Shown: one piece after another, positions 10,981 through 20,088 of the stretch
How positions within the stretch are numbered: the stretch's first letter is position 1
Layout of the letters: each line of letters begins with the position of its first letter
Assembly (NCBI GenBank): GCA_052279835.1
Contig: CP181291.1
Location: 1,344,001-1,408,000, forward strand
Direction of reading: 5' to 3'
Source: Microcoleus sp.
GTDB taxonomy: Bacteria; Cyanobacteriota; Cyanobacteriia; Cyanobacteriales; Microcoleaceae
Length of the DNA stretch: 64,000 nt
The notes under the pieces: model-generated
Told to the model about the DNA's origin: nothing
The model's input: only the letters and a program-made list of their open reading frames with translations
Databases searched by the model: none
Translations under genes and position numbers: made by a program

Positions 10981-13900
10981 ATGTCAAAGGCCAAGGGGAC
11001 ACCGGAAGTAAGCGTAATTATACCTGCATATAATGGCGATCGCTACATCGTGCAAGCTGTAGAAAGCGTCCTGAACCAAACCTATACAAACTGGGAAATT
11101 ATCGTCATCGACGACGGTTCTCAAGATGAGACCCATCAAGTGTTACAGCCTTATTTTGACAAAATCAACTACATTTATCAACAAAACCAAGGAGTAGCGG
11201 CCGCCCGCAATAGAGGAATAAAAGAAGCCACAGGTAACTTAATTGCTTTTTTAGATCAAGATGACTTTTTTTTGCCAAATAAGTTAGCAGCACAGGTAGC
11301 ACTATTTACCGCATCACCTTCCTTGGGGATTGTCAATAGCGGTTGGCACTTAGTTAACGAGAAAGGAGAGATAATTTCCGATATTAAACCTTGGCAATAT
11401 TTCCCCAAATTAGACCTAGAAACATGGATAGTACAGATGCCCGTACTTCCCAGCGCCATGATGTTTTCACGAAAATGGTTAGAAATTGCAGGGGGATTTA
11501 ATTCAGAGTTTGATTCGGTAGATGATGCCGATTTAGTAATCCGTTTAGCTGTCTTAGGCTGCGAAGCGGGTTGGCTACCCCAGGTGACAGTCGGTTATCG
11601 CCAGCATGACAAAAATGTGTCAATCAAAAAAGCTCTCCAACAAGCAAATCTGTTTATTAACTTAAAACATAATTTCTTCAATAAACCAGATTTGCCACAG
11701 GCCATCCGCGATTTAAAAAATCCTGCTTTCTATGAAGCATTGACATGGATGGCATGGCAATTGTACTATAGCGGCTATCCCGTGGCCGCAGTTGAGTATT
11801 ACCAAAAATCTTTGCCATATACTCCTTACTCTGCTACAAAAACCGTAATAGATTGGATAAATCGTCTAGCTTCTATTTCTCAAGCTTATGGATTTAGCCT
11901 CGATCTGCAATCTTTAAGAAACTTATCAGAATGGAAACAGTTAATGTCTAGCATACTACCAAAAAAAACAGTACGAGTCAGCGTCATTATCCCAGCATAT
12001 AACTGCGATCGCTACATTGTCAGAGCCGTAGAAAGTGCCATAAACCAAACTTACCAAGACTGGGAAATTATTGTCATTGATGATGGATCTACCGACAATA
12101 TTCGCCAAGTGTTAGAGCCTTACTACGATTCAATTCAGTACATATATCAAGCAAATCAAGGAGCAGCAATAGCTCGAAATCGAGCCTGCGAACTAGCCAA
12201 AGGAGAATTTTTAGCATTTCTAGATGGAGACGACTTTTTTCTGCCCGAAAAGCTGGAAAAACAAATTGCTTGTTTTGATGCCGACCCCTCTTTAGATATG
12301 GTACAAAATGGCTGGCTGATAGTCGATAAAAACGGCAAAGACCTCTATCCAGTTATGCCTTGGGAAGAATCGCCAAAATTAGATTTAGAAACCCTAGTTT
12401 TGTACAAATTTGTCCGTCCCAGCGCCATAATGTTGCGGCGAGAATGGTGGGAACGCTTAGGGGGGTTTGACTCTCGCTTTCCGCCAACGGAAGATTTAGA
12501 TTTTGTCTTACGTTTAGCGTTAAAAGGTTGCAAGTCAGTTTGGCTAAAAGAGATATTAACCTGCTATCGTCAGCACGAGACTAATCTCATGTCCGGTGGA
12601 TTTAAAGTAATGAAAAATATGGAAATGGTGATGGAGCAATTTTTCGCTAGGCTAGACTTACCTCAGCACATTCGCGAATTGAAACGGGCGGAACGTTACA
12701 AGTGCTTAGTATGGATTGCGTGGCGGATGTATCGCGATGGATATTTAGCAGAGATGGTTGAGTGTTTGGAAAAATCTCTTCATTACACTCCTTATACTGG
12801 TAGTGAAACTGTTTTTAAATGGTTGGAAACTTTTAGGGTTTCTGCCCAAAGTAATGGCGATGCCTTTGATTCCTATGCCTTAACTAATTTAAAAGAATGG
12901 CAAGATATCGTAGTCCTGGCTGTTAATAATACTTATCAATTTTCCCCTGCATCTAATTCAATTTACGAACCGCAAAAAGCGCGGATACTAATGTACGCCG
13001 AAGACCACGGAGTCGGAGGTTTAGCTCAGTTTAATCACTCTCTCATGTGTAAATTGGCGGCGGAAGGCTACCAAGTTGTTAGCGTGCAAAGTAAAACTGA
13101 CAACCCTTTAATTGCTGAACAAAAACAGCTAGGTATAGAACATATTTGGCTAGAGTTTGACACGATGAAAGAGTTTTTGCGGATTGCTTACAATTTAGGA
13201 GATGCTAAAAAGATCTATGCCCTAGCTAAACCAGATTTAATTATATTTAGTGACGGCTGGCCAATCGCCAATTTTGCAGCCAAGCAAGTTGCTATTCAGC
13301 AAAACCTACCGTACATAGTTACTCTGGGTTATGTCGATGGTACTTATGAAACTTTCAATCGTGGCGATCGAATTCCCTATTTTGATGCAGTCTCCTATCA
13401 GTACGAATTAGCCAAGGCCGCAGTAGCAGTTTCACAGGAAAACTTAAACTTGTTCAAAAGCCTTTTTAAAACGCCTCTAGAACGGGGAAAAGTTATCTAT
13501 TACGGCAGACCTAACATTTATTTTGAACCGCCAAATCTTTCAACTCGCCAACGCCTGCGTCAAGAACAAGGAATTCCTGAAGATGCGATCGTTTGTTTCA
13601 CGGCGGCGAGATTGACTCCCATTAAAGGATTTCAGTATCAATTACAGGCGATCGCCCAACTCAAACAACTTCCAATTTGGTCACAAATTTACTTTGTTTG
13701 GGCCGGTCCTGGGTCTACTACTCACGACAACATGGAGCCTGAATTAAGAGCCACTGCGAGCAAATTAGGAGTAGAGCAACAGGTTAAATTTTTAGGACAG
13801 CGCTGGGATATTGCTGATTGGCTCGATGCCAGCGATATCTTTATATTATGTTCTGAAGCAGAGGGAATGCCGCTAGCAATTATGGAAGCCATGGCGAAAG

Positions 13901-14487
13901 GATTACCCGTAATTGCCACAGCAGTCAGTGGTATTCCCGAAGAATTGGGAGACACGGGAAAGTTGCTCCCCGATCCTAAAATAAATCCTGAAGGAACAGT
14001 CAAAGAGTTGGTAGAAACGGTGGAAATCTGGGCCGAAAATTCCGAATTGCGACGACTTGCAGGACAAGGGTGCAAAGCGCGATCTGAACAACTATTCAAA
14101 GAAGAACGGATGCTGCGGGAATATGTAGAAGTAATTGAACAGGCCCTGGAAACTGACGACAAAAACAACAGTCTTTCTCTGAGTCCGAAAGTTCAAAAGC
14201 AGATACAGGAAGTGGATAAGCTGCTAAAATACTATCATTTAGTTTGGAAAGCTTGGGATGCTTGCGATCGCGGAAATAGGTCGGAGATGGTCAAGCATTT
14301 GCAATCTTCTTGGGAGTGTACCCCATTTTTTACCACAGAAACTATTTTGTATTGGGTGAATGTTTTTGCGATTTTGTCTTCAGAGAAGGGGGCTAAACTT
14401 GATACTTGCGCGCTAATTAACTCAGGAGAGTGGAAACAATTGATGGAATCAATACAGGGTTTTGAAGTGGTGTCATCTGCTCTTTAA
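10981..14487 (+). CDS. Multidomain glycosyltransferase (GT2 - GT2 - GT4)
   Basis: Two VSVIIPAYN...IIVIDDGS...FLDxDD GT2 domains, then a GT4 domain (AARL...KG, EGMPLAIMEAMAKG); GGGAGA RBS upstream. Confidence 0.9.
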   Translation: MSKAKGTPEVSVIIPAYNGDRYIVQAVESVLNQTYTNWEIIVIDDGSQDETHQVLQPYFDKINYIYQQNQGVAAARNRGIKEATGNLIAFLDQDDFFLPNKLAAQVALFTASPSLGIVNSGWHLVNEKGEIISDIKPWQYFPKLDLETWIVQMPVLPSAMMFSRKWLEIAGGFNSEFDSVDDADLVIRLAVLGCEAGWLPQVTVGYRQHDKNVSIKKALQQANLFINLKHNFFNKPDLPQAIRDLKNPAFYEALTWMAWQLYYSGYPVAAVEYYQKSLPYTPYSATKTVIDWINRLASISQAYGFSLDLQSLRNLSEWKQLMSSILPKKTVRVSVIIPAYNCDRYIVRAVESAINQTYQDWEIIVIDDGSTDNIRQVLEPYYDSIQYIYQANQGAAIARNRACELAKGEFLAFLDGDDFFLPEKLEKQIACFDADPSLDMVQNGWLIVDKNGKDLYPVMPWEESPKLDLETLVLYKFVRPSAIMLRREWWERLGGFDSRFPPTEDLDFVLRLALKGCKSVWLKEILTCYRQHETNLMSGGFKVMKNMEMVMEQFFARLDLPQHIRELKRAERYKCLVWIAWRMYRDGYLAEMVECLEKSLHYTPYTGSETVFKWLETFRVSAQSNGDAFDSYALTNLKEWQDIVVLAVNNTYQFSPASNSIYEPQKARILMYAEDHGVGGLAQFNHSLMCKLAAEGYQVVSVQSKTDNPLIAEQKQLGIEHIWLEFDTMKEFLRIAYNLGDAKKIYALAKPDLIIFSDGWPIANFAAKQVAIQQNLPYIVTLGYVDGTYETFNRGDRIPYFDAVSYQYELAKAAVAVSQENLNLFKSLFKTPLERGKVIYYGRPNIYFEPPNLSTRQRLRQEQGIPEDAIVCFTAARLTPIKGFQYQLQAIAQLKQLPIWSQIYFVWAGPGSTTHDNMEPELRATASKLGVEQQVKFLGQRWDIADWLDASDIFILCSEAEGMPLAIMEAMAKGLPVIATAVSGIPEELGDTGKLLPDPKINPEGTVKELVETVEIWAENSELRRLAGQGCKARSEQLFKEERMLREYVEVIEQALETDDKNNSLSLSPKVQKQIQEVDKLLKYYHLVWKAWDACDRGNRSEMVKHLQSSWECTPFFTTETILYWVNVFAILSSEKGAKLDTCALINSGEWKQLMESIQGFEVVSSAL

Positions 14488-14491
14488 GCTC

Positions 14492-14579
14492 ATCGGCGAT
14501 TGAAATCGCTGCTACACCTACAAAGCTGAATCGGCGATTGAAATCGCTACTACACATACAAAGTCCGCCTCCGCGGACT
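14492..14579. repeat. Tandemly duplicated cyanobacterial intergenic palindromic repeat (GGCGATTGAAATCGC...GTCCGCCTCCGCGGAC)
   Basis: Near-identical 34-nt units at 14492-14525 and 14530-14563, followed by a GC hairpin. Confidence 0.7.
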
Positions 14580-14600
14580 AAAGAAAGAACATCAAAGATT

Positions 14601-15926
14601 ATGCGATTTACATTCAAGTTCCCATCTCTTCATAAACTGCTGCCAATTTGTTTAGCTCTTGTCACTGTTTTGTTAATCATTTACTTGGGAGAGCAAAGAT
14701 CGATCGCCCAAATGCGATCTAATGTCACAGTAGATTTCGGACTCCCAGCAGCCACAATTTCCATGAGTGGCATCCTCCACGGAATCGACACCACAAAACC
14801 GCCGGATAACTTCATCAAGCCCTTGCAGCCGAAACTTTGGCGGGCTGGGAGACTCGATATTTACGATCGCGTAATCGCCAGCGGAGCCGAGTTTCAACTA
14901 TTAGTCAGCGACTTGTGGGGCTACGGCAGCAATCCCAAAGGTTGGCCCCATCAAAACTACCCCGCATGGGAAGCATTCATACGGCAATTAGCTCAACAAA
15001 ATAAAGGCAAAAAAATTATTTGGGATGTCTGGAATGAACCAGATTTAAGAAATCCGTTTTGGAATGGAAGCAGAGAACAATTTTTTGAAACCTACAAAAG
15101 AGCTTACAAAATATTGCGACAAGAATTAGGGCCATCAGCCATGATTGGCGGACCCAGTATTACTAACTACAACAAAGAATATCTAACCGCTTTTCTGGAC
15201 TATTGCAAAGCGAACAAACTGGAAGTAAATTTCCTAGCTTGGCACGAACTTAATGACACTATGATTTCATTTGTTGACGACCACGTAATTGATGCTAAGC
15301 GCAATTTTCAACAAAGTGCCTCTTACAAAGAACTGAAATTGCAAAAGATTTATGTCAACGAGATTATCGGAGACTTAGCTCAGTATCAACCGGGGGAAAT
15401 TTTAGGTTATTTCTATAACTTGGAATATGCAAAAGCCGACGGTGCTTGCAGAGCTTGTTGGGATACTAAAGGACCAAATAAAGTTAGCAATTGCTTCAAC
15501 AATACCTTGAGTGGAATGGTGACTCCCAATACTTTTGAGCCGAGAGCAGCTTGGTGGACTTACAAAGCTTATGCTGACGGAGTTAATTCGCGGGTGCTGA
15601 GCAAATCGGATAACGATCGCGTTGTCGCTTTAGCCAGCAAGTCAAATCCTGAAGGTAAAGCACAGGTACTTTTGGGTTATTTCGATCGCAATTATTCCTC
15701 AGCCACAACCGTCACCTTAAATCTCAAAAATTTACCACAGCTAGGTATTCAAAGCGGTCAAAAAATCCGTCTCAAATTAGAAAAAATTCCCAACAATCAA
15801 GAAGGCTCAGTGCCAAAACTGGTTAGCATCAAAGAAGAAACTTTATCGGTTGTTAAAAATGATTTGAGTTATGTCATTCCTAACTTCAATCTACATGAAG
15901 GTTATTTATTAACCGTTAGTAAATGA
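14601..15926 (+). CDS. Exported glycoside hydrolase, GH39-like (clan GH-A)
   Basis: N-terminal hydrophobic signal/anchor; WDVWNEPD acid/base motif, IGGPS, and IYVNE nucleophile. ATG 14601 preferred because the longer TTG start lies inside a repeat. Confidence 0.75.
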   Translation: MRFTFKFPSLHKLLPICLALVTVLLIIYLGEQRSIAQMRSNVTVDFGLPAATISMSGILHGIDTTKPPDNFIKPLQPKLWRAGRLDIYDRVIASGAEFQLLVSDLWGYGSNPKGWPHQNYPAWEAFIRQLAQQNKGKKIIWDVWNEPDLRNPFWNGSREQFFETYKRAYKILRQELGPSAMIGGPSITNYNKEYLTAFLDYCKANKLEVNFLAWHELNDTMISFVDDHVIDAKRNFQQSASYKELKLQKIYVNEIIGDLAQYQPGEILGYFYNLEYAKADGACRACWDTKGPNKVSNCFNNTLSGMVTPNTFEPRAAWWTYKAYADGVNSRVLSKSDNDRVVALASKSNPEGKAQVLLGYFDRNYSSATTVTLNLKNLPQLGIQSGQKIRLKLEKIPNNQEGSVPKLVSIKEETLSVVKNDLSYVIPNFNLHEGYLLTVSK

Positions 15927-15980
15927 TTGAGGGCGGGCACGAGAACCCACCGGACAATAAAATTCATTGTTTGTGAATTG

Positions 15981-16086
15981 ATATCAAATCCGGTAGCATC
16001 GTCCTGTATTCATATCTCTATTCTCTCCCTCTGTGTCCTCTGTGTTCTCTGCGGTTAAATCATTCCGATGCAACGGTCAACGATAT
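15981..16086. mobile_element. MITE-like element (TIR ATATCAAATCCGGTAGCATCG...CGATGCAAC...GATAT)
   Basis: Imperfect terminal inverted repeats; same family at 20931-21060. Confidence 0.6.
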
Positions 16087-16174
16087 GATTGTTTGTAGAA
16101 CGGGCATCTTGCCCGTTATTTTATATAGGCAAGATGTCAGTTTGAACAGATTTATTGACCGTGGATGTTAGAGT

Positions 16175-16474
16175 TTAGCTGGCATTGCTCAAAGACTGTT
16201 GTACAGATTCCAACCATTCTGTGACTGTTTGATTTTCGCTGCTGGGATCGTAGTAACATCCTAATTCTTCCAGAATCAATGTTTCTAAATCTGGTTCTGC
16301 GATCGACATTTTTAGCAGTTGGTTAAGTTCTGCTAATACAGCTTCAATAGTTTCTGGCGATTCGCTATGGAGGTAATTTTCCACTACTTCGCTAGCATTG
16401 CTGGCTTCTAGTAGCCAGTCTTGATGAAAGTAAGAACTAAAAAATTGGGTTAATTCAGGAAATCGATCGTTCAT
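16175..16474 (-). CDS. CdiI-type toxin immunity protein
   Basis: 99-aa acidic protein with FPELTQFFSSYFHQDW...WL signature of CdiI immunity proteins; its ATG overlaps the upstream toxin stop (ATGA). Confidence 0.8.
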   Translation of the reverse strand: MNDRFPELTQFFSSYFHQDWLLEASNASEVVENYLHSESPETIEAVLAELNQLLKMSIAEPDLETLILEELGCYYDPSSENQTVTEWLESVQQSLSNAS

Positions 16475-17001
16475 AGGGGATAAGCTGTGAGAATAAAGTA
16501 TCCGGGAGATAATTTGGTGCTGCGCTGAAGGACAATTTTCAGTCTAGATGTGGAACTTGCTTTGGAAGCGCGGCGGGTGAGTGTAATGCCAATTATTCTG
16601 TGGGTATCGTATTCGATTGTATAACGATTGCTTCGTTTTTTTACCCAGGAGTCGATCGCACTTTTCTTTTCTTCCATTGCTTCAGCAATCGCCGATTCAG
16701 CCACGGAACGATAGGTAAACGAAGACGCGGCAGAAATTCTCCTATCCCTGGCCAGTCGCTGTGCGAGTTCTGCTTCTGTTTTACCAACGTGTTTCTCTAA
16801 AGTGTGTCCTCCTGCTGCTTCGTGAAAGTCTAATCCGCCGCCCGGTATGTTGGGTGCAAAGGCTACGATTGTTTGTCCAGGTATGCTGGAGATATGCTGT
16901 GCGGAAACAGGAGTTATCGCCGACTGAAATAGGACAATTATTGAGGCAATGCTGCACAGAATACCTAAAAACTTTTGCCAGCGATCGAGTTTAATTTGCA
17001 T
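16471..17001 (-). CDS. Signal-peptide-bearing bacterial RNase A-like (CdiA-CT type) toxin
   Basis: Sec-like N-terminus ending TPVSA/Q; HEAAGGHTLEKHVGK, ASSF and C-terminal YFILTAYP motifs of the bacterial RNase A-like toxin domain; ATG 17001 preferred over 17106. Confidence 0.8.
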   Translation of the reverse strand: MQIKLDRWQKFLGILCSIASIIVLFQSAITPVSAQHISSIPGQTIVAFAPNIPGGGLDFHEAAGGHTLEKHVGKTEAELAQRLARDRRISAASSFTYRSVAESAIAEAMEEKKSAIDSWVKKRSNRYTIEYDTHRIIGITLTRRASKASSTSRLKIVLQRSTKLSPGYFILTAYPL

Positions 17002-17292
17002 TGTATTTTGTTTAATTTTTATTGTTAGTATAGCCTCCCGCGGTATTTCCGAGCAATAGACATCTTCACAAAAGCTGGTATGGAACAGGCATCCTCCGTG
17101 TTCCACACTAATTATGGCATAGGTCTATTAGGAATTTTTATTTAAATATATTTATTAAACAAATTAAAATTTAAATTATTTTTTATTCATGAGTTTATAA
17201 AAATTAGATAAAGTTGAGAAAGTAATATTTATTTAAACTTATTCCGCGAAATAAATGATAAGTTAGTTGATTATCTTTAAAAAATTGAAAAA

Positions 17293-18066
17293 ATGCAAGT
17301 AGTTATCCTAGCCGGCGGTCTTGGTACTCGTCTCAGAGAAGAAACAGAATTTCGCCCCAAACCCTTAGTTGATGTGGGCGGGTATCCGATTCTGTGGCAC
17401 ATCATGAAGATATATGCACACTACGGCTTCCATAACTTTCTGGTGTGCTTGGGCTATCGCGGCAACATGATTAAAGAATATTTCCTCAATTATGAAGCCA
17501 TGAACAATGACTTTACTATCTGCTTAGGCCGCAAAAATACCATCACGTATCATGGGGAACATCAAGAACAAGATTTTAATGTTACCTTGGCTGAAACTGG
17601 GGCGGAAAGTATGACTGGAGGGCGGGTAAAACGGATTGAAAAATATATCGATCGCGATAATTTCATGGTGACATATGGGGATGGAGTTGCTGATGTAAAT
17701 ATTGAAGAACTACTCGCTTTCCACAAAGCTCACGGTAAACTGGCAACTGTGACGACTTTTCGCCCTATTTCTCGTTTTGGAATTTTAGATGTAGATACTC
17801 AAGGGCGCGTACTCCAATTTGCTGAAAAACCGCAAATAGATGGTTGGATCAGCATTGGATATATGATATTTAATCGCCGAGTATTTGAGTATTTGGGGGG
17901 AGATGATTGTATCTTAGAACAGGACCCAATGCAGCGTTTGGCGGCCGAAGGAGAGTTGATGGCTTATCGCCATGAGGGCTTCTTTTTTGCGATGGATACT
18001 TATCGAGAATACAAGTACCTAAATGAACTTTGGGACTGTGGTGAAGCTCCTTGGAAAGTGTGGTAA
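17293..18066 (+). CDS. rfbF: Glucose-1-phosphate cytidylyltransferase
   Basis: ILAGGLGTRLREET..PKP, TGGRVKR, TYGDG, MDT and APWKVW motifs. Confidence 0.93.
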   Translation: MQVVILAGGLGTRLREETEFRPKPLVDVGGYPILWHIMKIYAHYGFHNFLVCLGYRGNMIKEYFLNYEAMNNDFTICLGRKNTITYHGEHQEQDFNVTLAETGAESMTGGRVKRIEKYIDRDNFMVTYGDGVADVNIEELLAFHKAHGKLATVTTFRPISRFGILDVDTQGRVLQFAEKPQIDGWISIGYMIFNRRVFEYLGGDDCILEQDPMQRLAAEGELMAYRHEGFFFAMDTYREYKYLNELWDCGEAPWKVW

Positions 18067-18170
18067 TAGGGAATGGGGAATGGGGAATTGGGCAGATTGA
18101 TAGCTGTATCTCCTCCTTTACCGGTAACTGATTATTGCTAAGTAAACCAGCCCCAAAAAATAGAATAGCG

Positions 18171-18203
18171 AGATTCCCCACTTCTTAAATAAGTCGGGAA
18201 TCT
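18171..18203. repeat. Palindromic intergenic repeat AGATTCCCCACTTCTTAAATAAGTCGGGAATCT
   Basis: Near-perfect inverted repeat of a type common in filamentous cyanobacteria. Confidence 0.55.
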
Positions 18204-18224
18204 AACAGTCAGAGCATTTTATGT

Positions 18225-19301
18225 TTGTTAGATGAGATGGATTTTACAGATATTTTCAACAGCACAGAAACCTACCTAAAAAACTGCGTTGCAGCCGATG
18301 CTGAAACGATCGACAGCGACTCGGAAGCGCTGAAAACAGCGCTGGTAGGATTGGAAGATAGATCACTTTTAGCTTTGCGAGTTCCCCAAAAATGGGGCGG
18401 CGCAGATATCGATGCACAAACTTTTTATGAATATCAGGAATTAACAGCGCGATATTCCGGCGCTTTAGGTTTTCTGCAAACTCAGCATCACAGTGCAACT
18501 GCCATGCTTGCTAACAGCGACAATGAACTGCTACAAAGTATATGTTTGCCTGCGATCGCCCTGGGAGAGTTGCGATTGGGTGTGGGATTTTCGCATTTAA
18601 GGCGATCGGGAAATCCCGCTGTCACTGCTACTCCTGCACAAAATGGCTATTTACTCTCAGGTAAAGTTCCTTGGGTAACAGGTTTTGGATTATTTCAAAA
18701 TTTTATTGTAGCTGCGTTATTGCCTGACGATCGCGCTGTATTCGGATTACTACCATTTGAAAATATTGCATCAGCATCGAGCCAAATCTCCTGTAGCGAA
18801 ATCATGCCCTTAATCGCCATGAGTTCCACTAATACTGTAACAGTAACTATGAGTAATTGGTTGTTAAATGAATCCCAAATAATTTCATTTCAACCAAAAG
18901 ACTGGATTGTCCAAAACGACACTAAAAATATCCTAAATTTTGTCCCCGCTACTTTTGGATGTATTCGAGCCGGATTGGATATAATTCAAGCAGCATCCCA
19001 GACTAAAAAATCATCTGTTATAGTTAGTGCTTACGAAAAATTAGCCCACAAGCTCGATCGACTAAAACAGAATTTCCCACAATCTCAACATAGCTCAAAA
19101 GCAGAACAATTAGCCCTGCGAGCCCAAGCAATTGACTTAGCCGTGCGTTGCGGGCACGCGGCGGTAACAGTTTCCAGCGGTGCCGCTAATAGCCAAAAGC
19201 ACCCAGCCGGGAGAGTTTATCGAGAAGCTTTGGTGTATACTGTTTCTGGGCAAACTCAGGATGTGATGGCTGCCACCCTCGATGAACTAATCAAATTTTA
19301 G
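18225..19301 (+). CDS. Acyl-CoA dehydrogenase-like flavoprotein
   Basis: LRVPQKWGG, GVGFSHLRR, LSGKVPWVTG and HPAGRVYREA motifs; start codon uncertain. Confidence 0.8.
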   Translation: MLDEMDFTDIFNSTETYLKNCVAADAETIDSDSEALKTALVGLEDRSLLALRVPQKWGGADIDAQTFYEYQELTARYSGALGFLQTQHHSATAMLANSDNELLQSICLPAIALGELRLGVGFSHLRRSGNPAVTATPAQNGYLLSGKVPWVTGFGLFQNFIVAALLPDDRAVFGLLPFENIASASSQISCSEIMPLIAMSSTNTVTVTMSNWLLNESQIISFQPKDWIVQNDTKNILNFVPATFGCIRAGLDIIQAASQTKKSSVIVSAYEKLAHKLDRLKQNFPQSQHSSKAEQLALRAQAIDLAVRCGHAAVTVSSGAANSQKHPAGRVYREALVYTVSGQTQDVMAATLDELIKF

Positions 19302-19310
19302 ATATTCGAT

Positions 19311-20042
19311 ATGAGTGACAAATTAAACTCAAATAACCTCAAAACGATCGCCTACAGCAAAATTGTAGATTTAAGTCATAAAATTCACCCAAACATTCCC
19401 CTTTGGCCAGGAGATCCAGCCCCAGAATTTGAAACAGTTGCTCAAATAGAAACAGAGGGATATTTCCTGCGAAAATTCTCGATGGGCGAACACAGCGGGA
19501 CTCACATGAATGCACCAAACAGCTTTGATTCAGGATGTGGGAGTATCGATAATTATCCGCCGCAGTCCCTAGTTGTGCCGGCAATTGCGATCGACATCCG
19601 CCGCCAAAGTCTTGCCAATCCCGACTATACTTTAACAATTGAGGATGTATTAAATTGGGAACAGGAACATGGAGCGATCGAACCAGGATGCCTGATTATA
19701 TTAGATACCGGATGGCAGGAAAAATGGGAAAATCAAGCAGCTTTTTTAAATCGAGATGGTGACGGGATTTGCCACTTTCCGGGATTTGGTAAAGCAGTAA
19801 CTCAATTTTTGCTAACAGAAAGGTTAATCGCAGGAGTTGGTACCGATACTCACGGAGTAGATCCGGGACGAGATGAAAGTTTATTTGTGAACAAACAAGT
19901 GTTAGAACATCAGGGAATTGTTCTGGAAAATTTGGCAAATATCGACCAGTTACCAGCAGTAGACTGCACTTTAGTTATAGGAATATTGCGACTTGTCGGA
20001 GGTTCCGGTTCCCCGGTATCCGTGTTAGCTTTTGTCCCTTGA
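19311..20042 (+). CDS. Cyclase family (kynurenine formamidase-like) metal-dependent hydrolase
   Basis: VDLSH..PLWPGDP, GEHSGTH, TGW, FPGF, GVGTDT, ENL and GSGSPV motifs; 9 nt downstream of the ACAD-like gene. Confidence 0.85.
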   Translation: MSDKLNSNNLKTIAYSKIVDLSHKIHPNIPLWPGDPAPEFETVAQIETEGYFLRKFSMGEHSGTHMNAPNSFDSGCGSIDNYPPQSLVVPAIAIDIRRQSLANPDYTLTIEDVLNWEQEHGAIEPGCLIILDTGWQEKWENQAAFLNRDGDGICHFPGFGKAVTQFLLTERLIAGVGTDTHGVDPGRDESLFVNKQVLEHQGIVLENLANIDQLPAVDCTLVIGILRLVGGSGSPVSVLAFVP

Positions 20043-20088
20043 TGGTGTAAAATTAGATTGATAGAATTCCTGTAAAAAAATCAGATTA

